From IMG/VR virus record IMGVR_UViG_3300038468_000190, positions 64,001 to 128,000 of that record: DNA of 64,000 nucleotides; one strand, written 5' to 3'. Each line of letters begins with the position of its first letter. The first letter of the stretch is position 1. This document shows, piece by piece, positions 1-12,147 of the stretch. A model generated the notes under the pieces. The model saw only the letters and a program-made list of their open reading frames with translations. It was not told the DNA's origin and ran no database searches. The translations under genes were made by a program, and so were the position numbers. The DNA comes from a virus.

Positions 1-744
1 ACATTCCCCATGTGGCCGCATCTCGAGCGCATCATCGAAAACCGAAACGGCCCGGCGTGCGCTCGGGACCGGCGTAATACCGCCTCCTACTACCTCTTTT
101 GCATGGCGCGGAGCGCGATGCTGAAGAGCGCCATGCGGGTGAATCGGTTCGAGAGCACGCACTTCGGCTGGATCAATATCTGCATCGAGCGGATGGGCTT
201 TCGTAACCTCGCGCATCTTGCAGGGGCGCTAGCCTGCAATCGGTCGAAGTTCTCGTGCGCTCAGATCGACTACATCCCGAAGAGCGTGCTCGGCTCCCTA
301 CCGGCGTTCTTCGGCAGAGAAGGCTGCCGTGATCCGCATAGCCCCGAGCGGTCGTCGATGTGTAGCGGCTTCTTTACGGGCGACGTCAAACACATGACCG
401 AGGTCACGAGCCTCGTGGAAACGAAGTTTCTCGAGTGCCTCGCTCTGGGCTACGGCCACGCCGACGAGCAGCTCTTCGGGCTCGTGCATGCGGACCGCCC
501 GGGGCTCTTCGATTTGTATCCGGCCGACTACACCGAAATGGTCACGAACTACGCGGCGGTCCACGAGCGGCCGGGCAGTATCCTGAATACCGTCATCGCG
601 GGGAGCCTCGCTGCCGGCGACAGAGCGGTGACCGAGCGGGCCGTTGCCGCTGTCTGGGACGGTTACGTAGCGGGCAAGTGCCAGCTTACCGATCGAGAGC
701 TCGAGGCCCTGCTTCACGCCAGGAGTACTTGTACGCCACCATGA
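1..744 (+). CDS. HtrL/YibB (WlaTC)-like putative glycosyltransferase, 5'-truncated by window edge
   Basis: Frame open from base 1; NRFESTHFGWIN, CSGFFTG and GYGHADEQ motifs resemble HtrL-family proteins; paralogous to 1341-2153. Confidence 0.6.
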   Translation, partial: TFPMWPHLERIIENRNGPACARDRRNTASYYLFCMARSAMLKSAMRVNRFESTHFGWINICIERMGFRNLAHLAGALACNRSKFSCAQIDYIPKSVLGSLPAFFGREGCRDPHSPERSSMCSGFFTGDVKHMTEVTSLVETKFLECLALGYGHADEQLFGLVHADRPGLFDLYPADYTEMVTNYAAVHERPGSILNTVIAGSLAAGDRAVTERAVAAVWDGYVAGKCQLTDRELEALLHARSTCTPP

Positions 745-1327
745 GCTCCGACTTCGGGCAGTCGACGACGAAGTAGGGTGCGTCGCCGATGACGTCGAGG
801 ACGCTCGCCCAGAGCGTCGTGCGTAAGGAGCTCCCGGGCTGAATATCCTCGAGTACGAAGACGCCACCGGGACGGAGGTGAGGCCAGAGGTTCTGGAGCG
901 TGGACAGTTGCGAGGCCGCGTCGTGGGCGCCGTCGTCGATGACGATGTCCATAATCGGCTGGTCGCTCCGAAAAAATCCGTCGACATCGGTCCTCCGCGT
1001 CGAGTCGCAGAGCGCCGTCTCGATGCGCTCCTCGGAGAATTGCGTGTCCTTCTGTACGTCGAAACCGGTGACCCAGGCCCGCGGAAAGTATTCTCGCCAC
1101 GCTCGGAGCGACGCCCCGGGTCGATAGCCCGGCAGATCGTGGCCGTACATCGAGCTCTCCGCTCCCGGGGTCAACGTGCCGATGCCGATCTCGAGGAGGC
1201 GGACCGGTCGGCTGCGATAGGGCGCAAAAATCTCGCTGTAGGTCCTCGCGTAGCCGTTCTGGCCCTTGTCGGTTCCGTGTCGAGCAAAAAGGGAAATGAG
1301 CTCTAGCTCGAGTGCCGATCCAGGCAT
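686..1327 (-). CDS. Class I SAM-dependent methyltransferase (sugar O-methyltransferase-like)
   Basis: GTDK N-terminal motif, LLEIGIG motif I, GFD, DIVIDDGAH, LRPGGVFVLED. Confidence 0.85.
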   Translation of the reverse strand: MPGSALELELISLFARHGTDKGQNGYARTYSEIFAPYRSRPVRLLEIGIGTLTPGAESSMYGHDLPGYRPGASLRAWREYFPRAWVTGFDVQKDTQFSEERIETALCDSTRRTDVDGFFRSDQPIMDIVIDDGAHDAASQLSTLQNLWPHLRPGGVFVLEDIQPGSSLRTTLWASVLDVIGDAPYFVVDCPKSELMVAYKYSWREAGPRALDR

Positions 1328-1340
1328 CGTTGGTTCTCCT

Positions 1341-2153
1341 TTAGTACGAGCTTCGGAGCGCCCGGCAGCGCCGGAGCCCCTCTTCTAAGTTCCCGTCCTC
1401 GAGCGCGCGGACGGCCATGTCGAGGATGAGGGCCTGGCTCCCCCGGACCCGCCGCCAGTTCTCGGCGAGCGAGGGGTGGTCGCCATAGTACGTCTCGAAC
1501 CGCTCCGGGTGCCGGAAGAGGACGCGTCCGATGAGCATCTCGTCCGTCGCGACGTAGCCCAAGTCTAGCGAGAGCTCCCACTCCTTCTCCATCTCGGCGG
1601 CAAGCCATCGGATCTCCGCCGGTCGCGCCGACCAGAGCCCACCGCCGACGGGCCACCAGTGTCGCTCGTAGTAGCGGTCGACGGAGTATCGCGCCGAGCG
1701 GGGCACGTAGGAGATTTCCGAGAGCCGGATCTTCCCCGGCTCGGGAGGCCTCGCGAGGACCTCGTGGAGCGTCTCGCCCTCGCGGTGAGGCAGGCAGAGG
1801 TCGGCCCACGTGAGCACGGCGTCTGCGTTCACTTGGGACGCGGCGTCGACCATCCAGGAAATCCGATGCCGCATGAGGCAGAAGTAGCGCGGCGTGTCCT
1901 TCAGAGGGTCCCATCCGATCCGCGAGTGCTGGAGATTTTGGGTGATGCGATCGATGTCGGAAAAGTCCGGTGCGATGACGGGTACGGTCAATATCCTGCG
2001 GAACGCCGTCCGCTCGATAAAGTCGTCGTCCGCGTAGACGACCATCGACACACCCGCGTGACCGAGGAGCCAGGATGACCGAACGGCCCACTCAGCGGTC
2101 GGCGTGCGTCGCTCCTCGAATTTCTCGAGGTTGTAGAAGCCGGTGACGATCAT
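1341..2153 (-). CDS. HtrL/YibB-like putative glycosyltransferase
   Basis: Start chosen at ATGA overlap with upstream gene; IVTGFYNL, TWAD, GGGLW, GYVATDEM motifs parallel the ORF at 1-744. Confidence 0.55.
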   Translation of the reverse strand: MIVTGFYNLEKFEERRTPTAEWAVRSSWLLGHAGVSMVVYADDDFIERTAFRRILTVPVIAPDFSDIDRITQNLQHSRIGWDPLKDTPRYFCLMRHRISWMVDAASQVNADAVLTWADLCLPHREGETLHEVLARPPEPGKIRLSEISYVPRSARYSVDRYYERHWWPVGGGLWSARPAEIRWLAAEMEKEWELSLDLGYVATDEMLIGRVLFRHPERFETYYGDHPSLAENWRRVRGSQALILDMAVRALEDGNLEEGLRRCRALRSSY

Positions 2154-4228
2154 GGCCATTGCCGGATGCTCCGGAGCACCAGCTCGACATCGAACGTCGC
2201 CCAGCGCGCTTCTCTGTCCTCGACGCCGTAGGTCGCGATGAGCCGGCGGCCGAGTTTCGCGAGTCCGCAGCAGTACTCGACGCCTGCGTGATCGAAGTAC
2301 CAGGGGAGCGACACGCCGACCACGGTCGGGACGTCGCCTTCGAGGAGCACCCAGCGGTGGCCGTAGATCGAGTATTCCCAGCTCGCCGTATTGGGCATGT
2401 ACGCCGTCTCGTGGACGACAGCGAGCCACCGATTGCGAGAGATCTGTACGGGCGAAGAGCTCCCCTTGAAGCGAGCGAGGCGCCGGGCGGGCGTGTAACG
2501 CCGAAACTCTTGGCAGGCTCCGGTCTCCGTGTCGACTTCGACGATCACGAACGGGTCCCACGAATAGATGACAAGGAGCGTCCGCTGTCCGACGTTGCCC
2601 TCGATGGACCACGGGACCCAGTTTTTCTCGCGTGCACCGTCGTGCTTCTGACCGTAGTCGAGCGTCTTCAATTCCGCGACGCTCCGGAGGTCGTCGCTCA
2701 TGCGACCGAGGACGACTCGCGGCCAGCCGCCCGCGCCCGGCGTTTGGCAGCTCGTCGCCGTAAACCAGAGCGCCCCGTTGTGCCGTACCCAGCGCTTGTC
2801 TTCGAGCCCCCGGATACGCGTGAGCTCCCATTCGGCAGGGAGCGTCTCCTCGATTTCTACTGCGTCGCTCGTCACGACGAGTGCGTCGTCATTGAGCTCG
2901 GCTTCCGAGACGGCGCCGCGCGTGAGAAACGTCCCCCCGTGCGGGTCGTAGTAGCGGCCGTTTCTTTGGGTGTAGTTCACGAGGCGAAGGTGCACATCGA
3001 AGGAGTTATAGGCCTTCGCGGCCGGCGCGATCGTTGGGTTGGTCGCGACGTACGGCAGCCCGTATTTGTCGTCGAGTCCCGCCGGCACGGGGAAGGTCCC
3101 CTTCCCGAGGCTCGGAAACTCCGACAGGTAAAAGGTCTGATTGCACGCGAAGTGATCGTAGCGATCGGCCGATTCGCCGCGGCGAAGAACGAGCTTCTCG
3201 GCCGCTTCGGCTCCTATCGCTCGGCCTCCGACGGCGTAATAGCCGACGATCGAGGTCTCGTAGAGCGGCTCCTTGTCGTTGGCATCGGATTCGACGAAGA
3301 GCTTATCGCCCGAGCGCGGGAGCGCCCTCGCCCTCTCCGCGAACATGAACGCGAGGTTGTTCTTCCCTGCCAGCCGAAAGTGCGTCGCGAGGCGCGAGAG
3401 GGGCTCGGCTCGATGGGGCCGTTCCTCGTGGGCGCGAAGGAGCGCGGCCATACCGGCATCCTCCTCTCCTAGCGCGAGGAGCGCGCGCCCGATCTTGTAG
3501 AGCGAATACCAGATTTCTTCGTCCCAGCCGCCGAGGAGGCGCCGCCGCGTGTAAAAGGGGATGGCCTTTGCGAACTCGCCGATGTCGAAATACGATTGAG
3601 CGAGGTAGAAGAGGTAGCGCACGTTGTTCGGCTCGGTCTCGAGCCCCTCGGTGAGCAGGCGAATGTCCCGTGCGGTCTTGTCTCCCTTGGCTCCTCCGTC
3701 GCCTATGTCCTGGATCCAAAGGTGCGGCATTGGCGTCGGTGTGCAGTTGGGCTCGGGGCTCCAGTACTCGTGCGTGACGCCGACGCTCGTCCACTTGTGC
3801 GACAGTCGGCAGAGCCGGGTGTTCGACCAGCGGAGATCTCCCGTCCGCTGTTCGACCTCGTACCAGGGCTCGGTGAGCTTCTGTCGGTCGAAGAGCCCGG
3901 TCGAGTGCAGGATCATGTCCGCGTCGAGGCAGAGCATGTAGGTCCGCGCTGGGGGCCAGTATATGGCGGCTCGCTCGGCGGCTCGCTCGGCGGCCCGGGT
4001 GCGGTTATGGCCAAAGTTTCGCCACGGGTCGTGCCACACGACGGTCCGAAGGTTGTGCGCTCGGCCGAAGTCTTCGATCTTCTTGACGGTGTCGTCGGTC
4101 GAGCCGGTATCGGCCACGAACACCGCGCTCAAGAGCGGCCGCGCGCTCTCGAGGCATCGCTCGATGACGCGCGACTCGTTCTTGACGATCATGGATAGGA
4201 CAAGGCGGATCTCTAGGTCGTCGGACAT
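2150..4228 (-). CDS. GT2-family glycosyltransferase + TPR + glycoside-hydrolase-like beta-propeller fusion
   Basis: MIVKNESRVIERCLES, DTGSTD, LDAD, VTHEY; TPR RYLFYLAQSY; C-terminal GLEDKR, EKNWVP, GVEYCCGL, YGVED. Confidence 0.85.
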   Translation of the reverse strand: MSDDLEIRLVLSMIVKNESRVIERCLESARPLLSAVFVADTGSTDDTVKKIEDFGRAHNLRTVVWHDPWRNFGHNRTRAAERAAERAAIYWPPARTYMLCLDADMILHSTGLFDRQKLTEPWYEVEQRTGDLRWSNTRLCRLSHKWTSVGVTHEYWSPEPNCTPTPMPHLWIQDIGDGGAKGDKTARDIRLLTEGLETEPNNVRYLFYLAQSYFDIGEFAKAIPFYTRRRLLGGWDEEIWYSLYKIGRALLALGEEDAGMAALLRAHEERPHRAEPLSRLATHFRLAGKNNLAFMFAERARALPRSGDKLFVESDANDKEPLYETSIVGYYAVGGRAIGAEAAEKLVLRRGESADRYDHFACNQTFYLSEFPSLGKGTFPVPAGLDDKYGLPYVATNPTIAPAAKAYNSFDVHLRLVNYTQRNGRYYDPHGGTFLTRGAVSEAELNDDALVVTSDAVEIEETLPAEWELTRIRGLEDKRWVRHNGALWFTATSCQTPGAGGWPRVVLGRMSDDLRSVAELKTLDYGQKHDGAREKNWVPWSIEGNVGQRTLLVIYSWDPFVIVEVDTETGACQEFRRYTPARRLARFKGSSSPVQISRNRWLAVVHETAYMPNTASWEYSIYGHRWVLLEGDVPTVVGVSLPWYFDHAGVEYCCGLAKLGRRLIATYGVEDREARWATFDVELVLRSIRQWP

Positions 4229-4327
4229 GTGTAGCTCCCGGGCAAATCTAAGCCCAGATCCGGTCGCCGGGCGAGCCCTTTCAGGCTGGGCTTCCCTTGC
4301 TCGCTTAACCGGGCTATTCTCGTCAGC

Positions 4328-4774
4328 ATGTTCGGGTCGTCAGCGGACGTATTCGAGAACATCCCGCCTGAAGTCACTCGCGAGTCTGGCCCCCCGGCCC
4401 CGGCTGGCGTCGGTGCGACGCCCGACGGCCTAGGCATGCAGGGCATGGGAGCGTACGCCACGGCGATGAGCGGCAAGGTCGACTTCCTCGAGCCCGGCGA
4501 CGCGTCGCCCGAAGCGGCTCTTCGGAGCGCGGGGCTCGTGTCGCTCGCCGCGGCAGTCGCTTTCGGAGCGGGACTCGCGCTCGGCGGAGGCTGGGGCGCG
4601 ATAAGCGGCATCATGCTCTCGGGCTCCGGCTTCAACATTTACCGAGCGCAGAAGTGGTGGGGCTCGCCCGAGCCGAGCGAGAAACACGAAGCGGTCGTCT
4701 CGGCGATCTTCGGCGCGATTGGTCTCGCTGCCGGCGGCTACTCGGCATACAAGGCCTACCAGGCGAAAGGTTAG
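4328..4774 (+). CDS. Hypothetical membrane protein
   Basis: 148 aa with 2-3 Gly/Ala-rich hydrophobic segments; first gene of a long + strand operon. Confidence 0.6.
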   Translation: MFGSSADVFENIPPEVTRESGPPAPAGVGATPDGLGMQGMGAYATAMSGKVDFLEPGDASPEAALRSAGLVSLAAAVAFGAGLALGGGWGAISGIMLSGSGFNIYRAQKWWGSPEPSEKHEAVVSAIFGAIGLAAGGYSAYKAYQAKG

Positions 4775-4775
4775 T

Positions 4776-6943
<2,168 letters not shown>

Positions 6944-6954
6944 TCGACAATGAG

Positions 6955-8484
6955 ATGACGATCAGGGCTGAAACGGGCACTTCTGGGCGAGGTACGCCGC
7001 GCGTCCCGCCGGGTGCCAGCGCCACGGGACTGACCTTCGACAGCCCGCAGGATCTTGCCGCCTATAACGCGACTGCGTTGCCGCATGACTCGGTCGTCGA
7101 GGTCGGCGTGGTGCACGACTCGTATCGTTACATCCCGTCGCCGAGCGCCGAGCTTCTAGCAGCCGTAGATGGCTTGAACGTCATCGCGCCTGTCGCGCCC
7201 GCAGGTGCGGTATTCGAGCGGCTCTATCTGCCTAATCAGGTAGCTTGGTACCAGACAGCGTGGACGATCGATCCGGTAGCGGGTGACGACCGCAACGCCG
7301 GCACGGCTCTGTCGCCGCTCAGGACGCTGAACGAGTGGGCTACCCGCATGCAGAACGGGGTCGTACAGCAGGACGTCACCGTCACCGTCCTTGCCGGCAC
7401 CGCCAACACGAAGCCGATCTACCTCCGCATTCGGATCAGCTACGCGGCGAGCGCGATCATTCGAATCGTCGGCACGGTCACTCCTGATGCCGGCCACACG
7501 GTGACGGCCGTCACGGCGAGCGTTCCGACGACTTCCGCCGGAACGAACGTGCGCGGATTCATCTCGAGCGCAGACGCTTTCACGGACAAGTCGCGCATTC
7601 GGTTCACGTCCGGCGCTCGGAGCGGCTACACGTGCCAGGTAACGGGCTTCAACGTCGTCAACACGTCGGCGTTCATATCGACCCCGGGCATCCTCTCGAA
7701 CCTTCACCCGCCGAACTCTATCTCTCCGGCCACGGGGTTTCCGGCGATCAACGACACCTACGTCGTCGACACGTTGAACACCATCGTCGACACGACCGAC
7801 ATGAACATCGAGGTCGACGGATCTGGTCGATTGATCTTCGAGGACGTGAATCTCAGAAACATCTCGAACCCGCAAAACCTCATCGTTTGTCGCGGCGCAA
7901 ACCCTGGGAACTTCGGTTCGTCCGTTCTTTTCTACAACTGTATCGCCCCGAGCGGCGCAGAGGTCATCTGGCTTTCGGACTCCGAGTGCTCGTTCGTCAA
8001 CTGCGCGTTCGACGCCTTCTTCGCGTCGGCCAATAACTCGGTCGTCTTCATGCGCACGTGCGTGTTCCGTCTCTTGAGCGGCAGCGGCCTATCGTGTCAA
8101 GCCGTCGAGGGCGGCTACATCCAATTCTCGAGCCCGAATTGCTTCGACGGCGCCGGGATCAATATCGACGACGGATTCATGGAGTTCAACAGCGGCGACG
8201 CGCAGTGGTGCGACGGGCCTGGAGGAACCGGCCTTCAGACCTTCGGCAAGGTGTACGTGCACAGCGGCTTTCTCATCTGGGGCGGCAGCGCCAACAGCGG
8301 GAACAACTTTGCGCGCTTCCTTCGAGTCTTCTCGGGCGGCGGTATCTATTCGACGACAGGCGCAGCGCCGACAGTCGGCCCGAACGTCACGAGCGATGTT
8401 TTGGTCGGTAACTTTGCCACCAGCTACGCCGCTATTCCGTACGTCAACGCCACGAATCTGGCGGCGTACACCACGATCGCTTGA
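6955..8484 (+). CDS. Putative tailspike/fibre protein with beta-helix-like C-terminus
   Basis: IDPVAGDDRNAGT..PLRTL motif often precedes beta-helices; Ser/Asn/Gly/Cys-rich strands. Confidence 0.55.
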   Translation: MTIRAETGTSGRGTPRVPPGASATGLTFDSPQDLAAYNATALPHDSVVEVGVVHDSYRYIPSPSAELLAAVDGLNVIAPVAPAGAVFERLYLPNQVAWYQTAWTIDPVAGDDRNAGTALSPLRTLNEWATRMQNGVVQQDVTVTVLAGTANTKPIYLRIRISYAASAIIRIVGTVTPDAGHTVTAVTASVPTTSAGTNVRGFISSADAFTDKSRIRFTSGARSGYTCQVTGFNVVNTSAFISTPGILSNLHPPNSISPATGFPAINDTYVVDTLNTIVDTTDMNIEVDGSGRLIFEDVNLRNISNPQNLIVCRGANPGNFGSSVLFYNCIAPSGAEVIWLSDSECSFVNCAFDAFFASANNSVVFMRTCVFRLLSGSGLSCQAVEGGYIQFSSPNCFDGAGINIDDGFMEFNSGDAQWCDGPGGTGLQTFGKVYVHSGFLIWGGSANSGNNFARFLRVFSGGGIYSTTGAAPTVGPNVTSDVLVGNFATSYAAIPYVNATNLAAYTTIA

Positions 8485-8495
8485 CGGGCTAGCCC

Positions 8496-9002
8496 ATGTC
8501 TTCGACGCGCATAGGTAACGGAGTGGACATCGAGGCGTCGGCGGCCCCGGCCGTGAGCGGAGCCAGCGTTGCGCGCATCTACTTCGATTCGACGACGTTG
8601 CAGCTCATGCTGTCGCAGAACGCGGCGCCGTTTCAGTACATGCTCGCCGACGGCGCGTACTGGGGGTTCAATGCGCCTGGCAATAACGCCTTCGGCACAC
8701 CGTTCCAGGCCGTCAACGCCGCTGCCGAGATCAACGGGCAATGGGCAGTTCCGAAGGACGGCACCCTCGCAGGGCTTGCGATCCGCGCACTCAACGCGAA
8801 CTTCTCTGCGGCAGGAAACTGCACACTAAATGTCGGCGGCGTACCGTCCACGCTCGTCGCCGCGTACGCCGGCACAGGCAACCTGTTCGCCGACGACACG
8901 CACTTGGTGCAAGTCGTGCGCGGGGATTTGATCTCGATCCAGGTATCGGCGGCGCTCACGAACAACCCGATCTTTGCGAGCGTTCTCCTTTTACCGCGCT
9001 GA
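8496..9002 (+). CDS. Putative structural protein, paralog of 9007-9528
   Basis: Shares RAL.AN.SAAG and RGD..SIQ...ALTN with next ORF. Confidence 0.6.
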   Translation: MSSTRIGNGVDIEASAAPAVSGASVARIYFDSTTLQLMLSQNAAPFQYMLADGAYWGFNAPGNNAFGTPFQAVNAAAEINGQWAVPKDGTLAGLAIRALNANFSAAGNCTLNVGGVPSTLVAAYAGTGNLFADDTHLVQVVRGDLISIQVSAALTNNPIFASVLLLPR

Positions 9003-9006
9003 AACC

Positions 9007-9528
9007 ATGGGCACGCGACTCCAAGTGATCGACTGGCCGAACAACGGCGGCGGTATCCCTACGGGTGTCTCTGTCGCCGGAGACGCGCGCATGAATCTCG
9101 CGAACGCGCCGAGAGAGCTCTTTATCTCCCAAAACGGATACCCCACGAACGAGGTCATGCTCGGCTTTCCGCTGTCGTGGGGCGCCGATAACCCGGCGAA
9201 CAACTCGTTTTTGGGGCATTGGGATTTCTTGGAAAACGCGGTCGAACTCGGTACGAGAATTCCAGCACCGTTTCGCGGAACGATCTACAGGCTATCTGTG
9301 CGCGCGCTCGACGCCAACTGGAGCGCTGCGGGCCGCATTTTCACCATACGGAAAAACGCCGTCTCGGCCGGCATCGCATCCAACGCAACCGCTACGAACA
9401 CGAACCTGGTCGGCAACACCGCGACAGCGACGACATTCGTTCGAGGAGACGCGCTCTCGATTCAACTCACCGGCGGAGCCCTCACGAACCGAATCTGGGC
9501 TACGGTCTTTCTCGTCCCAACCGGCTGA
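9007..9528 (+). CDS. Putative structural protein, paralog of 8496-9002
   Basis: Motif similarity to previous ORF; ATG at 9007. Confidence 0.6.
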   Translation: MGTRLQVIDWPNNGGGIPTGVSVAGDARMNLANAPRELFISQNGYPTNEVMLGFPLSWGADNPANNSFLGHWDFLENAVELGTRIPAPFRGTIYRLSVRALDANWSAAGRIFTIRKNAVSAGIASNATATNTNLVGNTATATTFVRGDALSIQLTGGALTNRIWATVFLVPTG

Positions 9529-9541
9529 AAAGGCGAAAAAC

Positions 9542-9856
9542 ATGGATCCGCACGTGAATGGCCCTGCAATCACCCCACGCGGTGAAGTCGCGCCCGGCGC
9601 CTACTACTTCTACAACCGCGGACGGGCCGAAGCGGTGCCGCTAGCGCTCGTCGACATCGGCGACGAGCTCTGGATTGCCCTGCCCGGCAGCCGCTTACGT
9701 TTTACCGGCTGGGCTGTCGTCTCCGTTAGTGTCGGCGCAAAGTTCCCCATCGAGCCTGGCACCGTCGCGCCTGTGTCGGCGCACGGCAAGCAATGGATGG
9801 TCTTCGAACGCGCGCCTGGGGATACGTTAGTGCTCGAGATCGTTGAGCTGTCTTGA
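9542..9856 (+). CDS. Hypothetical protein
   Basis: Co-oriented ORF with AAAGG upstream. Confidence 0.5.
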   Translation: MDPHVNGPAITPRGEVAPGAYYFYNRGRAEAVPLALVDIGDELWIALPGSRLRFTGWAVVSVSVGAKFPIEPGTVAPVSAHGKQWMVFERAPGDTLVLEIVELS

Positions 9857-9917
9857 CGTAATGTTTGCGCTTGTACGATAATCCTCTACGTAATCAGAAA
9901 GCCAAGCGGTAACGAAC

Positions 9918-10655
9918 ATGTCGCGCTACGGAAGCATCGTCTTGGGATTGGGAGCGAGCACGACGCGCGTCGTCCGGGCGACCGATCCTGCCATCCTCGA
10001 GTCGCTCGTGAACCAACAAATCACGGCACTCGGCGGGGGCTTTACGATCGTTGCTCTGACGCTGGCAGGTGCCGGTAACGGGCAAGCGTTCACGGTCACG
10101 ATCGAGGCTGGGGCGGCGGCGGCTGTCCTAGGCGGGTTTCTTGCGCCGCCGACTGTTCGGTGCGTAGCCGGATCGGATCCCGAGGCGCTTCGTGCCGGAC
10201 TCGAGTCGAAGATCACGGCTCCCGGGACGCTCGCCGACGTGCAGGTCGCCGGTAGCTCTGCCGGCAACTACTTCATGGCGATGGCGGTCTTCGGGAGCCT
10301 GCTGGCGACGGGGGCAGCGGGACCTACGGAAACACGCTCGAACAAAGGCATGCCGGCCCTGACGACCGTCAACGACGGCGATCAGGGATGCGCAACGGCC
10401 GTGACGACGACGCCGGCGGCGTCGAGCGCGGCGGGAGGCTACGTCGGCGCCCGCGTGAACGGTGTCGGCGCGACGACCGGCGACGGCACGACGGTCGGAG
10501 TCATGTGTTACTTCTCCGGGACCGGCGGAGCGACCGCGCGAGCGATGAAGGACATCGTCGCGGGCGACACCTTCCACTGGAATCAGTCCGTCGCCGGCTA
10601 CAACCTCGACGCCGCGACGGACATCATCGACTACATGTACGGCGTGGACAGCTAA
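9918..10655 (+). CDS. Structural protein sharing the N-terminal module of the collagen protein
   Basis: MSRYG start, TLAGAGNG.AFT.TIEAG, D.QVAGS shared with 5609-6943. Confidence 0.75.
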   Translation: MSRYGSIVLGLGASTTRVVRATDPAILESLVNQQITALGGGFTIVALTLAGAGNGQAFTVTIEAGAAAAVLGGFLAPPTVRCVAGSDPEALRAGLESKITAPGTLADVQVAGSSAGNYFMAMAVFGSLLATGAAGPTETRSNKGMPALTTVNDGDQGCATAVTTTPAASSAAGGYVGARVNGVGATTGDGTTVGVMCYFSGTGGATARAMKDIVAGDTFHWNQSVAGYNLDAATDIIDYMYGVDS

Positions 10656-10674
10656 TAGCTCGGCAAGGTTTGCG

Positions 10675-12147
10675 ATGCCGCCCATCCTTGTAAACCCAGC
10701 GCAGCTGGATCCGAATCAGATAGGCACGTCTCTGGGTATGGTGCAGCCGAAGCAGGTGCGCGCGCTCGCGCCGACGCTCGCCATGCTTGATCTCACGCAG
10801 ACCACGGGCTCCATCGTTGCGTTCGATACGCTCCGCGCGACTGCAACTACGACCGATGACGAGGACAAGCACGTCACAACAGGCGTGGACCTCTACGACG
10901 ACAGCGGGGCGACGTTCGTTGCGTCGATGCTCGAGGGCCCGGCTGGCACATGGACCGTCACGGTCGCTGCCGTAACCGAGGGTGCGCACAATTACATCGC
11001 ACGTCGGAGTTTTGCGTCTGGAACGACCGATAGCCCCGTGCAGTCGCTCACGGCGCTAGGGCCACTCGCACCCAACGAGGTGACCTCGGCGACGCTTCTT
11101 GCCTGGTATCGATGTCCGGAATCGATCGAGATGCATACGCAGCTCCGTGGAACGAACACGGTGACAATCGCGTCCGCGTCGACCCTTATCGGTCGCACGG
11201 AAAACGTCATCCTTATCATTCAAGCCGGAGGTCTTCCGGGTACAGGAACCTTCCTTTCGTATATCGACGGTGGTGGCACTCCGCTAGAGGGAGCGCCGGT
11301 GACTATCCCCACGGCTCCCGGAACCTACACCCTTCCGGGAACCGATTTGACCGTGACGTTCCAGCAAGGCGTCTCCTACGGCGCCGGTACCGGGTACAGG
11401 GGCATCGTCTCGAAGTTTCTGGACAAGGTCGGCGCTTACCCAAACTCGACGAACAACTTCATCAACGATGGAACGAGTCCCAGCAACGATTCTCGTCCGC
11501 GCATTGCTGCCACGAACAACAGCGCAAGCACGCTCGGTGGAATCAACATGCTTGGCGCAACGGCTGTGCGATTCGATCCTCTCCTCGGCCAAAACGGTTT
11601 CATGTGGTGCACCGCCGGAAGCATCGCGACCGCTTTCAGCGGAGCCGATGTACCGTTTGGGTTTTTCATGGTCGTAAGCGTCGGCCAAGCGCACATCCCG
11701 ACCGTTGCCGGACAGAAAAGATGTTTCTACGACGTCTCGAATTTGACTGACGCGGATGTGCCGAGAATCTCGATGAATTGTCAGTTGGCTGCGACTGCTC
11801 AGACGGGCCTGTTCAACCCGCAAAAAGTTGGCGATACGGGTACGAACAAAAACAACGTGTCCGGCGGCGGGCTCTTTGCCGAGGTCTATTTATTGGAGGA
11901 CACTTTCGACGGAAGCCTTCGAAAGGTCGTGGCAAATGCGGCTGACCAGCTCGGCGGCGATGCCGGCCCACCGGTAGACCAGAGTGGGCTCACGATCACG
12001 ACGACGCGTTTCGTCATCGGCCAGCGCCAAGATCAAGCGGGGAAAAACGACGCGGGAACCTTCGACCTGGGCGAATTCGTCATTTTCGATGGTCCGATAA
12101 CCGATGAGCTCGAGCTCTGGCAGCACCGGGCTTACTACCTCACATGA
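10675..12147 (+). CDS. Putative virion protein with Ig-like and lectin-like regions
   Basis: GTWTVT....EGAHNY Ig-like segment; LLAWY and LGEFVIFD ends typical of LamG-like domains. Confidence 0.5.
   Translation: MPPILVNPAQLDPNQIGTSLGMVQPKQVRALAPTLAMLDLTQTTGSIVAFDTLRATATTTDDEDKHVTTGVDLYDDSGATFVASMLEGPAGTWTVTVAAVTEGAHNYIARRSFASGTTDSPVQSLTALGPLAPNEVTSATLLAWYRCPESIEMHTQLRGTNTVTIASASTLIGRTENVILIIQAGGLPGTGTFLSYIDGGGTPLEGAPVTIPTAPGTYTLPGTDLTVTFQQGVSYGAGTGYRGIVSKFLDKVGAYPNSTNNFINDGTSPSNDSRPRIAATNNSASTLGGINMLGATAVRFDPLLGQNGFMWCTAGSIATAFSGADVPFGFFMVVSVGQAHIPTVAGQKRCFYDVSNLTDADVPRISMNCQLAATAQTGLFNPQKVGDTGTNKNNVSGGGLFAEVYLLEDTFDGSLRKVVANAADQLGGDAGPPVDQSGLTITTTRFVIGQRQDQAGKNDAGTFDLGEFVIFDGPITDELELWQHRAYYLT

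Noticed and set aside
3965-3994. 12-bp tandem repeat GGCGGCTCGCTC
   Set aside because: Short in-frame duplication (RAAE) inside the glycosyltransferase; no wider pattern
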